A stretch of DNA of 63,873 nt from the NCBI RefSeq assembly GCF_026571515.1, contig NW_026854820.1, positions 1 to 63,873 of the forward strand, in the 5' to 3' direction. The stretch is from Ruditapes philippinarum (taxonomy: Eukaryota). Position 1 is the first letter of the stretch, and each line of letters starts with the position of its first letter. Under the pieces are notes generated by a model. It did not search any database, had not been told where the DNA came from, and saw only the letters and a program-made list of their open reading frames with translations. Of this stretch, positions 50,369 to 62,580 are shown piece after piece. Position numbers and translations under genes: made by a program.

Positions 50369-51561
50369 CTTGTTTATGTAAACTCTGTCTTAAATATGTT
50401 TTAAGTTTTTTTCCATTTAAACTTCACTTTTATTTGAAATAGAATCTGTCACATTTTATTATCCACTTTTATTTCCTGTTTCCTGAGCTGGCTTGTTGAA
50501 ATCATAATCATGTTGGCTGTTGTAGGAGAAATACTTTACAAATACAAATGCGTCCGATTTACTTGAAATGGACGTATATACATACAAATAATCAGGATAG
50601 AGACAGATTAAATCCGTTTGCAATAATTAAGAAACTTGAAAGAAAACTCGATTATATGTCCTCAATTTACTGTCACAAATGTCGGTCGGATATACACACT
50701 TGATCATTGTAGTCTACTTGATTGTGTTATCAAGAATACTTGACATAATCGAGTAAATATGGGAACCCAGGCATTGCAATAATTAGCGCTTATAAAATTG
50801 TCAGTTTGCTCTTATTTAATTTAAAAAAAGTCTTTGATATAAATGTCGTAAGTACAAATAAACCATAAAATATATGATCGCTAAAACAGATGAATTGTAC
50901 ATTTTTTGTCGTTTTTAAATGATCCTGTTTAAATGAATTTTAATCTGTATTTGTGCGAATGCTATTCCATAAACATTAAAGACGCCACCGACTTTTACTA
51001 GATCCACACATACTCGTGTTATTTACTCAGATTAATTATTTTATATGCATGTAAATTTACACAGTTGCTTTGACGTTCACAGACACTTGGGGTGTGGAGC
51101 TTAAAACGCCTTTAAAATCCAAATAAAATGTATATTTGTCAATCCCAGCACATGTAATGATCATATATATTAAAAAAACTTAATATAAGCCGTTTTGAAA
51201 AAAAATCATATTTCAACGTTCATAATAATACACGTATGAAATTAGACTTTAATTAATTCATAACATTGAATGTGACCCACTAATGTCTACCTTTTCTAAC
51301 ATTGGATCTCCGAATTCAGATCAGTCTAAGAGATGTTGTTTATAACATTGCAAACCTTTACATTGGTGGGATGTGTATAATTTTGCACAAAGTATCATCT
51401 AGTTATAAAATATGATATGTTTACTAGTCTTAAATTGCATTAAAGATCATGCATGATATTGTGGCGATATTGATTATCCTTTACAAATTTTAAGGTATGA
51501 TCAGTAAAAGGTGTTTGCTAAGTGCATTATTAATCATAAAACTTTACAAAATTGGTGTATA

Positions 51562-51696
51562 CGAGGGTTTTCCAAACAATTCGTGCACTGCAGTTATTGT
51601 TGCAAGACTTATTGATAGAAAACATGAATTATATATCACTTGAAGGAGAAATCTGTCTCAAATAAGAAAACAAAAGAAATAGCCGTGCAACCGTGC
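51562..51696 (+). mobile_element. Mariner-like left-end fragment at a TA site
   Basis: TA/CGAGGGTTTTCCAAA start; paralogs continue ta/ctgtagg at this point (~14748, ~23137). Confidence 0.5.
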
Positions 51697-53386
51697 AAAT
51701 ATATCTCATAACATCCCGTTTTTTGTCCCACCAATAATTAAAATAAGATGTTGATTATGTAACTTGGTATGTAGACATCCCATGGGCAGTATATGAATTT
51801 TGATGATATTTGGGTTATAAGGTCAAAGGTCAAAATAACAAAAACTTTTTGTGTAAATCCTTTCTTATCAATATATTGTGAGGGAATTAGCCATGGTTAA
51901 TGTTGCTTGGTAGACACACTACTCATGGCCTGTAGATGGTCCTATCTGATTTTGTGTTGATTAGATCAAATGTCAAAGTCACAGTGACACATTTTTGAAA
52001 AAAAATCTGAATTTTTCACATAATGATCGCAATCCTTGTCCGAAGTAACTTGAGAAAGAATAAGCCTTAGTTAAATAAACTGGGCAAAGACATTTTCCAT
52101 GACCAGTAAATTTCCATTATTGGATTTGAGGTCATGAGCTCTAAGCCTTTTAAGGTCAATGTCACAGTAACATTTTTTTGGAAAAGCGTTTCTGCATAAT
52201 GATGCAATCCATGTCCATCATTGAGAAGTATGTCAACTTAGTTTGATAAACTTGGCAGAGCGTACATGCCACATTTCCAGTCTCCCAGGTAGGGGATTTA
52301 TCTTTAAAAAGCAGTGGATTTTGACCAAAAAGGTTTAATATAGTCCGCTATACGTTGTCTGTATGTCTGCTTATCTGCCGTCCACAAAACTTGACTTCTA
52401 GGAGACAAACTGTCCGATCACCCTACAATACGACTGCTGAATTGGCTATAATCAGGCAACACATGGTCACTGATCTCTCTTGTTTCCTTAATTTTTCCCA
52501 TTCATTTCCCTGACTGCTTTTGTTACACGCAATAAAAAAATATTATCTTTAAATACTATTACAATAACAATGTTATAGAGCCTTCACAGATAAGTAACGA
52601 AAATGTTTGTGGTTCTTCTGAGGTTTTCCTCCACCAAAGAAGCTGGAAAGTAATTATATGATCTTTATAGCATGACTTAAAAGCCAACAATACAAGCAAA
52701 TACATGTATACCTGTAAAACGTTTTCTTTTCATTCGACCAGACTTTTTTTCTGATTGTTGTTTATAAAATATATTACATTAAAGTTAAACCCTTTTCCAC
52801 TTAAACAAGTTATCTTCTATCAGAAAGCCGGTTGGGGTACGAGTTAAATTAGAGATAGTTCTACTCTTATTCCTTGCTTACTTGAATTAAGATTAACAAA
52901 AAAGACTGCCTGAAAAAATTGAAGTCCTGTATGTTGAAGAATGTCAAGAAGTGTCAAAAATATAAATTATTAGATGATTTCTCTAATGAGTTGCTGATTT
53001 TATGATTGCAACTAAAATATTAAGGGGTATGAAGAGCTATGTTTAATGAAGTCATCTTATAAAATGTAAAAATGGTCAAATGGTAAATTTATGTTTTTTT
53101 CATATGTTGTTTCCATATTCTTATGGTTGATTATCCAGAGTTGTATTATAGAATGTTTCTATTATATAACACACATGAACACTGTACTGTAACAGAATAA
53201 TATGTTCGGGAACAAAATATTATACTGCTATCTTAAATAGGATTTTAACTGTGTAGCAATGAGTATCTGAATTATCCATTTGCTGATAAGGAAATATACC
53301 AACATATTTTTTTCATACGGCTATTTTGAAACTTTTCTTTTACAAAATTCTAACAACACTTGAAAACTGCAGGCAGTAGATATATA

Positions 53387-53388
<2 letters not shown>

Positions 53389-53461
<73 letters not shown>
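53389..53461. repeat. (TA)n microsatellite expansion
   Basis: ~36 TA units; absent from the paralogous positions (~17440, ~26880). Confidence 0.95.
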
Positions 53462-53464
<3 letters not shown>

Positions 53465-53632
53465 TTATTAAACATTCTTTATAACCCTTCTGTCACACCT
53501 CAATTTCTCTTCTTTTTTAAGAGTCAATGTTATTTCTGTGTGGATTGTTCAGACTTATTTATGAAAATGTCATGATTTAAAGTTATTAAAGAATTAGTGA
53601 AATAATATCAAAATCTTCTACATTCGTTTTAG

Positions 53633-53830
53633 AGCTGCACTGAGATGGTAATGCCAATATGTGCAGATAGTAAACAAGATATGTTTGAGCCAAGTCCCTG
53701 GAACTTTACACGGTTTAGTGTTAAACCGTGGGCAATATCATAAAAGATGGAAAACATATCCCAGAGAAAACTGGATAGTTTCTGAGTACTGGGGTAAAAG
53801 TTTAGAAACAGCCAGTAATATTATATTTAG
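53633..53830 (+). pseudogene. PRCP: PRCP penultimate exon, copy 4 (10-nt frameshifting insertion)
   Basis: AG/GT intact; ttaaaccgtg inserted at ~53721. Confidence 0.87.
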
Positions 53831-55539
53831 GTATGTTTTTATTTTATTTCTTACCAAGTTTCAAATTTGAGAACATACAACTACAAAAGGTTTTGCTTAT
53901 GTTAAAAATCACTTGAAGGTGTTTCCTATTGCTTTTTCGTTTTTTCATGGAGCTAAATATACATATATATATTGTATATATATATCTGTGATTTTTTTAC
54001 AGAGGTAGAGAATGATATTTTAACCTAGTGAACAGAATTTCATAGAAATTTGCATAAAAAAGAGTATTATGACTGAAACCAATTGAAATAAAACGTGGGT
54101 CACCATTATTATATTGAGTTATCTGTCCCTGAAAGCAAGTTTTTGCTTGTTTTCAAGAGCAGATCACTTAAAACCAAGCATACTGATGTCTCATTAAAAA
54201 TTATTCTTTGATATTTTATTTTCAGTTATTACAGTTCTATATATGATTTTTTTCTGTAGAAGTTGCTCTAACATGTTATCAAACAAAATATTATTATTTT
54301 GAACTTTATGAATAAATGTCGTAAGGTCAAAGATTAATGCTGTTGATCATTTTATTTTACTTACTGATGTAACAAATGTTATTTCATAAACCAAAAAAAT
54401 CATGGATCTTATCTTAAAATATTTTGAGTTCAAACTGACCATGGTCACATCTAAGTGACTCTCAGGCAGTGTAAAAAGACAGGCAACTCATTAGCTTTTT
54501 CAAGTATGTTTTAACCGTTAACCTGCATTAACAGAAAGTGATTAGCCAATGCCACCAGTAAAGAGCTAGACCAGCCAGCACATATGTGCAGTTTGATCGG
54601 GTTCTATACTGTTGTCAGCTCAATTTTTTGCATTTTACAATAATCCATTACAATAATAGGCTCTATACTGTTTATAGTTAAATTAAAATCCCAAAATCAT
54701 CAAATGAACAGTTCCAAATTCAAAACAGGAAAAGTCCATGATTTAAATTCAGCAGAAGAAACGGTAAGGCAGGTAACATATGAGGAAAAATGAATAGCAC
54801 CATAGTAAGTAAGTAACATTATTTAACTTACACATTTGGTTTCACGATCATCGACGTGGATCCTTGCATTAACATACAATGTAACACAAATATAATACAG
54901 TCAACATTTAAACAACATAAATACACAAAATATCATATCTTCTAATGGGTGAATAGTTTGTTCTGTGACCCTTATTACAGTGTAATTCATTTTATTTTAC
55001 CATACAAATCATATCAATGTACAAGGCAGACATTTCAAATATAATAACTAAAACCATGCACCAAATTTGCGTTTGATAGCTGTTTGGTAATCACATACAT
55101 GCGATATTTCCAGCCACCCATATAAGGGGAGTTGGCTTTAACAAGCAGGAGATATGGACCAAAAATAAAGGGATTTCGAGGGAGACACTACTTCAGATGA
55201 TGTGCTTATAGGTAATACGAAGTGTATCATAAAATTATGTTTTGCTGGTCAAGTGATGTATTAAATTGTTTGTCTGTTGGATTTTTGAAAATCAGCGGAA
55301 TTCAATCAAATGGTAGGAGATTGGGAGACAAGGCCGAAAATCAGGAAATTTTCTTCCCAGACATGGGGGTGGGGATATGGCATGTATGGGTGATGTTGCC
55401 ATTTAACATTATAGATTGTTGGCCTCTGATGTTAAATAAGGTTTTATTGTAAATAAATCATGTAAGGTATACAGTGATATAAACAAAATATATAATGAAA
55501 ATTATGCTACATTAATGTATTAATTATTGTATTATACAG

Positions 55540-55712
55540 GAGAAGGTAGAGATTTTATCAGCACAACTTTCTAGTTATGTAAACCACTAGCACACAGCTC
55601 TGATGTGGACAATTTTAAAGCCTGGCTGACTAATGCCTGGACTGACCTGTCCATGGTCAACTATCCATACTCTGCTAATTTCCTTGAACCTCTCCCAGCA
55701 TGGCCAGTTAAT
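55540..55712 (+). pseudogene. PRCP: PRCP internal exon, second copy (in-frame TAG at 55572)
   Basis: EGRDFISTTF*LCKPLAHSSDVDNFKAWLTNAWTDLSMVNYPYSANFLEPLPAWPVN. Confidence 0.88.
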
Positions 55713-57342
55713 GTGAATACTTCTATGATAATAGCACTTCATGTATTTAAATGCTCGTTTTGTTTAAATACACATAGTGGATATTAAATTAAAGAAGGTT
55801 AAATACTCAATTTATTGAAAGTGTTGAATGATAATGTTTTCTTCAATGATGTCAATATATTTAGTAATGAATCTACATGAATACAGTATCAGATTCTATT
55901 GTGGTCTTTTTTGAACTTAGAAAACATCTACATCATCCAGACTTTTGTTTCACTATCAAGCTCTGGGAACAGTTAAGCATGCTGTCCTTCTGACATGATG
56001 GTGTGCCTATAGTGGAACACTAACATTAACACACTTTTGATATGTTTGTATAACTCGAATGATGTCATGTTGCAAAGTTATTAAAGTAATGTATTATATT
56101 TTTTAGTAAATTAGTAAATGGCTGTACTACACTACTGCACTACGGTTTATGTGATAATTTGATTTATGCTTGATTGTGAAACAAGGTCTTGCCACTTACA
56201 TTAATGACAATAAGGTTCTGCAGCCTCTTGATACTAGTGGATGTCTAGGTAACCTGTAAATGTTCACCTGTATGAATATTAGTGTCTATGCCTTCAACTG
56301 AGAAAAGAAATTAAAAAACATAAAATATCTTCTTTTAAAAAACCCAAAAAGGTAGAGCTTAGATATTTGGCATGAACTATCTTCTAATAAGTGTCTATCA
56401 AGTTTGTTCAAATAAAAGCACTGGGGTCAAAATTGACACCGCCCCAGGGGGTCATTGCTTTTCCTCATATTTATATAGAAAAATCTTTAAAAAAAACTTC
56501 TCTTAAAAAACCGAAAGAGCTAAAGCTTAGATATTAAGCATGAAACATCTTCTGGTGATTGTCTACAAAGTTTGTTCAAATAAAAGCCCTAGGATCAAAA
56601 TTGCCCCCGCCCCGGGGGTACTGATTTTCCTTATTTGCTATAGTAAAATCTAAAAAAAATCTTCTTTTTAATAACCCATAGAGCTAGAGCTTATATATTA
56701 AGCATGGAACATCTTCAAGTGAGTATCTACCAAATTTGTTCAAATAAAAGAATGATCTTAAATTTTGCACAAAGATTAGTGGTCTAAACCTTCATCAAAT
56801 GGTACATTTATCTGGAAAATTTATTTTCAGTCCCATCATGTCAAAAAACCTCAGTGGAGTACCTTTAATGGCCAGTGGTATTTTTTTTTCGTACAAATTT
56901 ACAGCATCATGACATTTAGTATACAAATGCAACCCGGCCTTTTCTGTCTTTGACCCATTTTTGCTATTCAACCGATTTAACACCCGCAGACATGTATTTA
57001 CACCATTTCTGCATATTTCATGTCTGAAGTACCCATATTTTGAATTTTACTGTTCTACCATACATTTGGCTATACAACGAACAATGAACAATTGAGATGG
57101 ACGATTTGATCAGATAAAGGTTTTGTTTTTATGGTGAAACCTGTTAATTTTAATTCAACATTGTTGCTATCTTTATAGTAATGATATTTTAAAATGATGA
57201 TAAAAAAAGAGATATTTGATAAAATATGTTTATTAACTTAAGATTCGAATGTGATACCGTTTCAGACATTAATATATTATCGTTGCTTAATTAACAATAA
57301 GATATTAAGCATATATTTTATTTTGTTAATATTTTGCGTTGT

Positions 57343-58155
57343 TATTATACCCATTAAACGAACTTTGGGGGTATATAGGAGTCACTCGGTGGTCGGTCTG
57401 TCGGTTGGTTGGTCGGTCGGTCGGTCCAGTGGTCCGTTGCATTTTCCTTGTCCGGAGCATAACTTGAAGAGTAATGATTTGAATTCAATACAACTTCGCA
57501 CATTGATCAAGCACATTGAGAGGAATTGTGTGCACAAGAATCATAACTCTATCTTGACTAATTAAAGAGTTATTGCCCTTTGTTACTTTTCCTTGTCCGT
57601 AGCATAACTTGAAAACTACTAGTTGGAATTCAAAACAACTTCATACAATGGTCAAGCACAATAAGGGGAAGCGCAGTGCACAAGAACAATAACGCTATCT
57701 AAAGTAATTACAGAGTTATTGCCCTTTGTTACTTTTCCATAGTTTTTTGTCCGGACCATAACTTGGAGACTGATGGTTGGAATTCAATACAACTTCATAC
57801 AATGATCAAGCACATTGAAAAGAAATGCAGTGCACAAGAACCATAACTTCATCTTCAGTACTTGTAGAGTTATTGCCCTTTGTTCTTTTTTCTTGTCCGG
57901 TGCATAACTTAAAAACTAATGTTTAGATTTCAATGCAACTTCATACAATGGTCAAGCGCAATGAGAGGAAGTGGAAGTGCAGTGCTCAAGAAGCGTAACT
58001 CTTTCTGGACTTATTACAGAGTAATTCAATTAAAATTCATCTATGGTCAACCACATCAAAAGGAAATGCAACATACAAGAACTATAACTATCTTTAATTG
58101 CCCACAACCGTAACTCTTTTTCAATTTTTTGCAAGGTATTCTGTTACTAGTATCT
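57343..58155 (+). mobile_element. HINE-like element with (GGTC)n and ~140-155-bp repeats, related to the 641-1695 repeats
   Basis: atacccattaaacgaactttgggggtat head; repeated gtgcacaagaa...gagttattgccctttgtt. Confidence 0.75.
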
Positions 58156-58829
58156 TCCTCATTTCCGAAGCAGTCTTGTGGGGGTATTAATCACATTTAG
58201 TGATAGTTCTAGTTTGAGATTAATAATATCTGTCATATGTTGCGGAATATCTCCAGGTGTCCCATTTATGGACGGGGTCACGAAGGACGGATATTCTGAT
58301 CCGAACCGCAAACATATGTCATTTTTTCTTGCATATTCTACCATAATCCAGCATATTTTTAATTCTTAATCTTAATAAAACTAATTTCCATGGAAATTTA
58401 TGTCATTACAACCGTATATTTTTTCGTACAACAGCGTATGAAATTTCAACTTCATTCATTATACAGCAAAATTACATCATTCTAAGTATGACATTGTATA
58501 GCACCCCCATGACACATGAAATTTCCGGCATGATTAAAATTGATGGAAACACCAGTCTGATATGCAAGAAATTCTCTGTCAAATTGTTATAAATGAAAGT
58601 CTGTATTTCTATTTAGTGATATAAAACCCATATTACTCAGAGAATATCACTCATAGTGTTGTTTACATAGCTTTGCCGATTTTTTTGTGGCCTACGTATT
58701 AATTCATGACTCCTTAAATCAACTTAAAAATGTATTGTGTAGGCATATTTCTTGCTTCAAAGGCAATTACTGCACTAAAGTAATTCTTTTTTCCACCGCA
58801 ATGATGACGTTATTCCGCAGTTAAACTCG

Positions 58830-59287
58830 TTTTTAGCTCGACTTTTCATAGAATAATCAAGCTAATGCAGTCATCCATTTGTTGGCGTCAGCGTCCCTGT
58901 GTTTAAGTTGTTGCGTGTAAGCTGGTTTCTCCATAACTACTGAAGAGAATGGATTGAAACTTCACACACTTGTTCTCTGTGATTAGCTAACATGATTGAC
59001 TTAAGTCCCATGATTTCTTTATTGCATAATTATGCCCCTTTTTCCACTTAGAAATTTATGATTAAGTGTTTGCTTATAAGCTGGTATTTCCATAACTTCT
59101 GAAGGGTTTGTGCCTGTTTTGTGACAATTTTATGCATTCATAATAATCAAGCAGTGATTTACTCGATAAAAAGCCTTTGTACCTTTTCAGACAATTTTAT
59201 GTATTCATATAGGTAAGCATTATTATACTCAATGAACCTTGTGACAACTTTTTCGAATAGCCGAGCATCGCTGTCCTCCGACAGTTT
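58830..59287 (+). mobile_element. Short HINE-like element
   Basis: tttttagctcgac... head; ...tagccgagcatcgctgtcctccgacagtt 3' subTIR and hairpin. Confidence 0.6.
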
Positions 59288-61414
59288 ATATAACAACTGT
59301 GTTATCAACTTGTTCGAGTAACCTTCAACCTCTGACAGACACTCCTTCAATCTTATTTTAAGAAAGAGAATTTCAAGGAAATTTATGAGTTAACAAATCT
59401 AATTTCATCTATTCAAACAACACTTGATATATTGTCCTTGCTACAGGGAACACTTTCAGGGCTTACTTACTTCAAACAATCATCACATTTATTCTTTTGA
59501 TTGTTATTTTATTTCCTGTGTCAAGTTTTTTTCCAAGTATAATCTCTTTATCCATATACATGTATATAGTAACATGTAGGGGCTGATATACATTATATAA
59601 ATCAGAACAAACACTTTAATGCAAGTAGAATAAGGACGATATAACATCACATGGGTATCATTGTTTAAATATAACGGAAATTAAACAATAGGAGTATATA
59701 ATTAAGATAATTGCTCTGTTTAGTGGATGTGTGTGTAAGACACTTCAAGTTGTTGAAATCCTGACCTGCATTATATTAAATTAATGGGGAAAAATAAACC
59801 GAAACTGAAACGCATTGTTTTATAATAATTATTGCGGTTAAACCTATTTAATGAAAAAGCCACTTTTGGTCACAAGTGGCTCTGAGAATATGACATCTTA
59901 ATTTGTTGAAAGTAACGGGAAATGGATGATAATTAAGTAAAACTGAATGAAATTGAGTGATTCTGACTAAATGGGCTGTATTCAGTAAAAGTAAAATTGC
60001 AGCTACGTATTGAATGACACCCATAAAATATAATATTGAGAGAAAGAAATAATTAAATGTAATGTCATGATTTATTTAAAATTTTATCAATAAACATAAT
60101 GTAATGATATCGTTAAAGCAGCATATTTATTTTCATAACAATTTGAAAAATTTATTTAAAAGTAAAATATTGTGAAGTGAACAAAGGAAGTAATTTATCA
60201 TGACATTAAATTGATTTCTGTTTGATAAATTTAGCTTTATCAGATCAATACATATTGAAATAAAATTAAGAGAATGGCTTATTTTTACCACAAACTGGTT
60301 TGAAATTTTGGGACTATTTCTTAAAGATATGATCCTTGGTATATTATTGCGCAGGGCATGAACTCAAAAGGTTCCTAACAGGTTTTTGATTAATTTGACA
60401 TTTAAAGAAACAAGCGCATACTAAAATTGAAAATATGATTAGTAGAATACCAAACAAGAGTATTACATTATAATTTTTTTCAGGCTTTGCATGAAAAAAT
60501 GAAGGACTCAGCAGAGCCCCGCCCTTCTTCTGACCTTTTTATTACCACACCTGTCACAAAGTGTTTTTGTTTGAGAAATGTTGTTAAAAAAAGGGACCAC
60601 TTTTTCGGCGCGGCCCCCCAACCAAAAGATACATCAGGGGGTTGCCAGAAGGGGATGTGCCCCCTTCTGTTTGAGGGGTTTGAAGGGGGCGGAGTCCCCC
60701 TCATCGCCAAGAAAATTTTGGACGTGTGAGAGGCTATAAATGACCCCAGATTGATCATAAGGTAACGTGTAACCAACGCTGAAAAGCATTTGACTCTATC
60801 TCAATCCATTGAGAAGTTGCAGCACTTTGAAATCAATTTTGATGGAAAAAATCAACGCAAAATAGTGATTTTTGGCAATTTTGAGATGTCCCCTCGTTGC
60901 CATGGTAACAGAAAATTTAAGCCTGAGCATGTTGTTTCAAGGGCAATGGTCCAGTCAACATTTGTGCCAAGTTTGATTAGTGTTGAAGCAGTTTTTTATA
61001 GTATTATAGCAATTTGAACTTGTAACGGGAGACTTTTCAATGAAAACAGCCATTTTTCACAAAATGCTCATGAAGTTATGGGTTAAATAACCCAAAGAGC
61101 TAGAGTTTAGATATTAAGCATGAATTATCTTTAAGTGAGTGTCTACCAAGTTTGTTCAAATAAAAGCCCTGGAGACAAAATTTGCCCCGCCCAGAGGTGG
61201 GGGGTCATTGTTTTTCCCTATATGTGTATAGTAAAAACTTAAAAAATCTTCTAAGAGATAGAACTTAGATATTTATCATGAAACCTCTCCAAATGGGTGT
61301 CTACCAAGTTTGTTCAAATAAAAGCCCCTGGGTTAAAATTAGCCCCGCCCCGGGGGCCTATATACAGGTGAGCGATTTAAGGGCCATCATGGCCCTCCTG
61401 TTTTTTTTATTCAG

Positions 61415-61492
61415 GCAGTTTGCAGTAAGTTGACTCTGCCATTTGAAGGTAAGCAGCTATTGTCAGATCTATCAGAAGCTGTAAAGATATAG
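61415..61492 (+). pseudogene. PRCP: Truncated next PRCP exon
   Basis: ttttttttattcag acceptor; AVCSKLTLPFEGKQLLSDLSEAVKI* aligns with PRCP VVCQYLKNPNVSDSLLLQNIFQALNVY; phase 0 fits the donor at 55712; homology ends at the TAG. Confidence 0.6.
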
Positions 61493-62227
61493 AGTTTTGA
61501 CATAATTATCAGGTAAAATTAATATAATCATTTTCTGAAGTAAAGTGGACAACACTTTGTTAAACCTGCAAAATCATTATAGTTCATGGAGCACAAATTA
61601 TTGTGGTTTTCATGGGTAGGTCAATCTATGAATATAAGATCCGACAAAATTTTATCCCAAACAGACTATTTACAATGTCTTTATTCAATATATAACAAAC
61701 ATTTGTTGGCGTTTTTTCCGGCCGATTATTGTGTTATGAAGGTATACAGAAAATCAGGTTTATGAGAGATAAAATCAATAAATTCAAAGTTTAGGTTTGC
61801 AGTATTTAAGACACTTGAAGGAAAAGTCAATTTTAAATGCCTTTAATTTGCCGTCAGAAATGTTGGTCTTATATACATCACAGGGACTACTTGATCGTTA
61901 TCGGCTATTTTATTGAGATTGTCAAAATACTTGACATAATGGAGTAAACATGGGAACCCAGTGCATTAAACTCGCTGGTTAAGAAGTGGCAGGTGTCTTT
62001 TAAATTATGCAATGTTTACATCCGCAAATTACAGGGGTAGTGTGTACATAGTGTCACATACATGTGTTAATAGCAGTCAATTATCAGTAGTAACTGTGTT
62101 ATTTTTGAGTTATGCCCAGAGACCTGGATTAAATTTATTGACAAGCATGTATGTAATTAAAGATCCGTACATGAGGTAAGTATAAAGTGCAGCAATAAAG
62201 TGTGATATTTCATTGCATTAGGTATCT

Positions 62228-62580
62228 ATTTTTGTGCCCTCGAAGGGCAGCATATTGTAATTGCACTGTCCGTCAGTCTGTCTATAATCTTGTCTGCGCT
62301 TCAACACCAAAACCCATGGGGGATTTCGGTGAAACATTACAGGGTTGTTTTTCATCAGGCCTAGTTGTGCATACTCTCTTGATTTTTGGCTTAATTTATT
62401 TTTGCACAGTTATGGTCCCATAATGATCATTTAAAAAAAATAAGCTTGTCCTCGCTTCTTCTCTAAAACCGCTGGGGGGGGGGGGTTCGGTGAAACTTCA
62501 CAGGACTGTTTGTAACCATTCCTAGTTGTGCATACTTTCTTGATATTCTGCAGGAATTTTTGTAGCACAGTTATGGTAGT
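62228..62580 (+). mobile_element. HINE-like 5' fragment with two internal repeats
   Basis: ttttgtgccctcgaagggcagcata hairpin head; gtccgtcagtctgtct; repeated ttcggtgaaac..acagg / ctagttgtgcatact. Confidence 0.55.

Larger units (their letters stand above)
48890..54792 (+). repeat. Segmental duplication unit 4 (mosaic, partial)
   Basis: Blocks match 12315-13965, 10818-10940, 14410-14750, 25508-27056, then the penultimate PRCP exon and its intron. Confidence 0.8.
56315..61403 (+). mobile_element. Second copy of the 40600-type HINE, split by a ~4.3-kb nested insertion (56751-61082)
   Basis: 160-bp repeats at 56315-56750 resume at 61083-61360 and end with caggtgagcgatttaagggccatcatggccctcctgtt. 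Confidence 0.8.

Noticed and set aside
50660-50810. Diverged match to 61840-61995 (atacttgacataat..gagtaaa.atgggaacccag)
   Set aside because: Probably an old dispersed repeat fragment; no termini or coding signal to classify
53360-53575. ORF with YIYIYI repeat
   Set aside because: Translation of the (TA)n microsatellite
58159-59350. Minus-strand ORFs of 61-63 aa that look protein-like
   Set aside because: No recognisable homology; the second overlaps a HINE 3' end; splice structure not supportable
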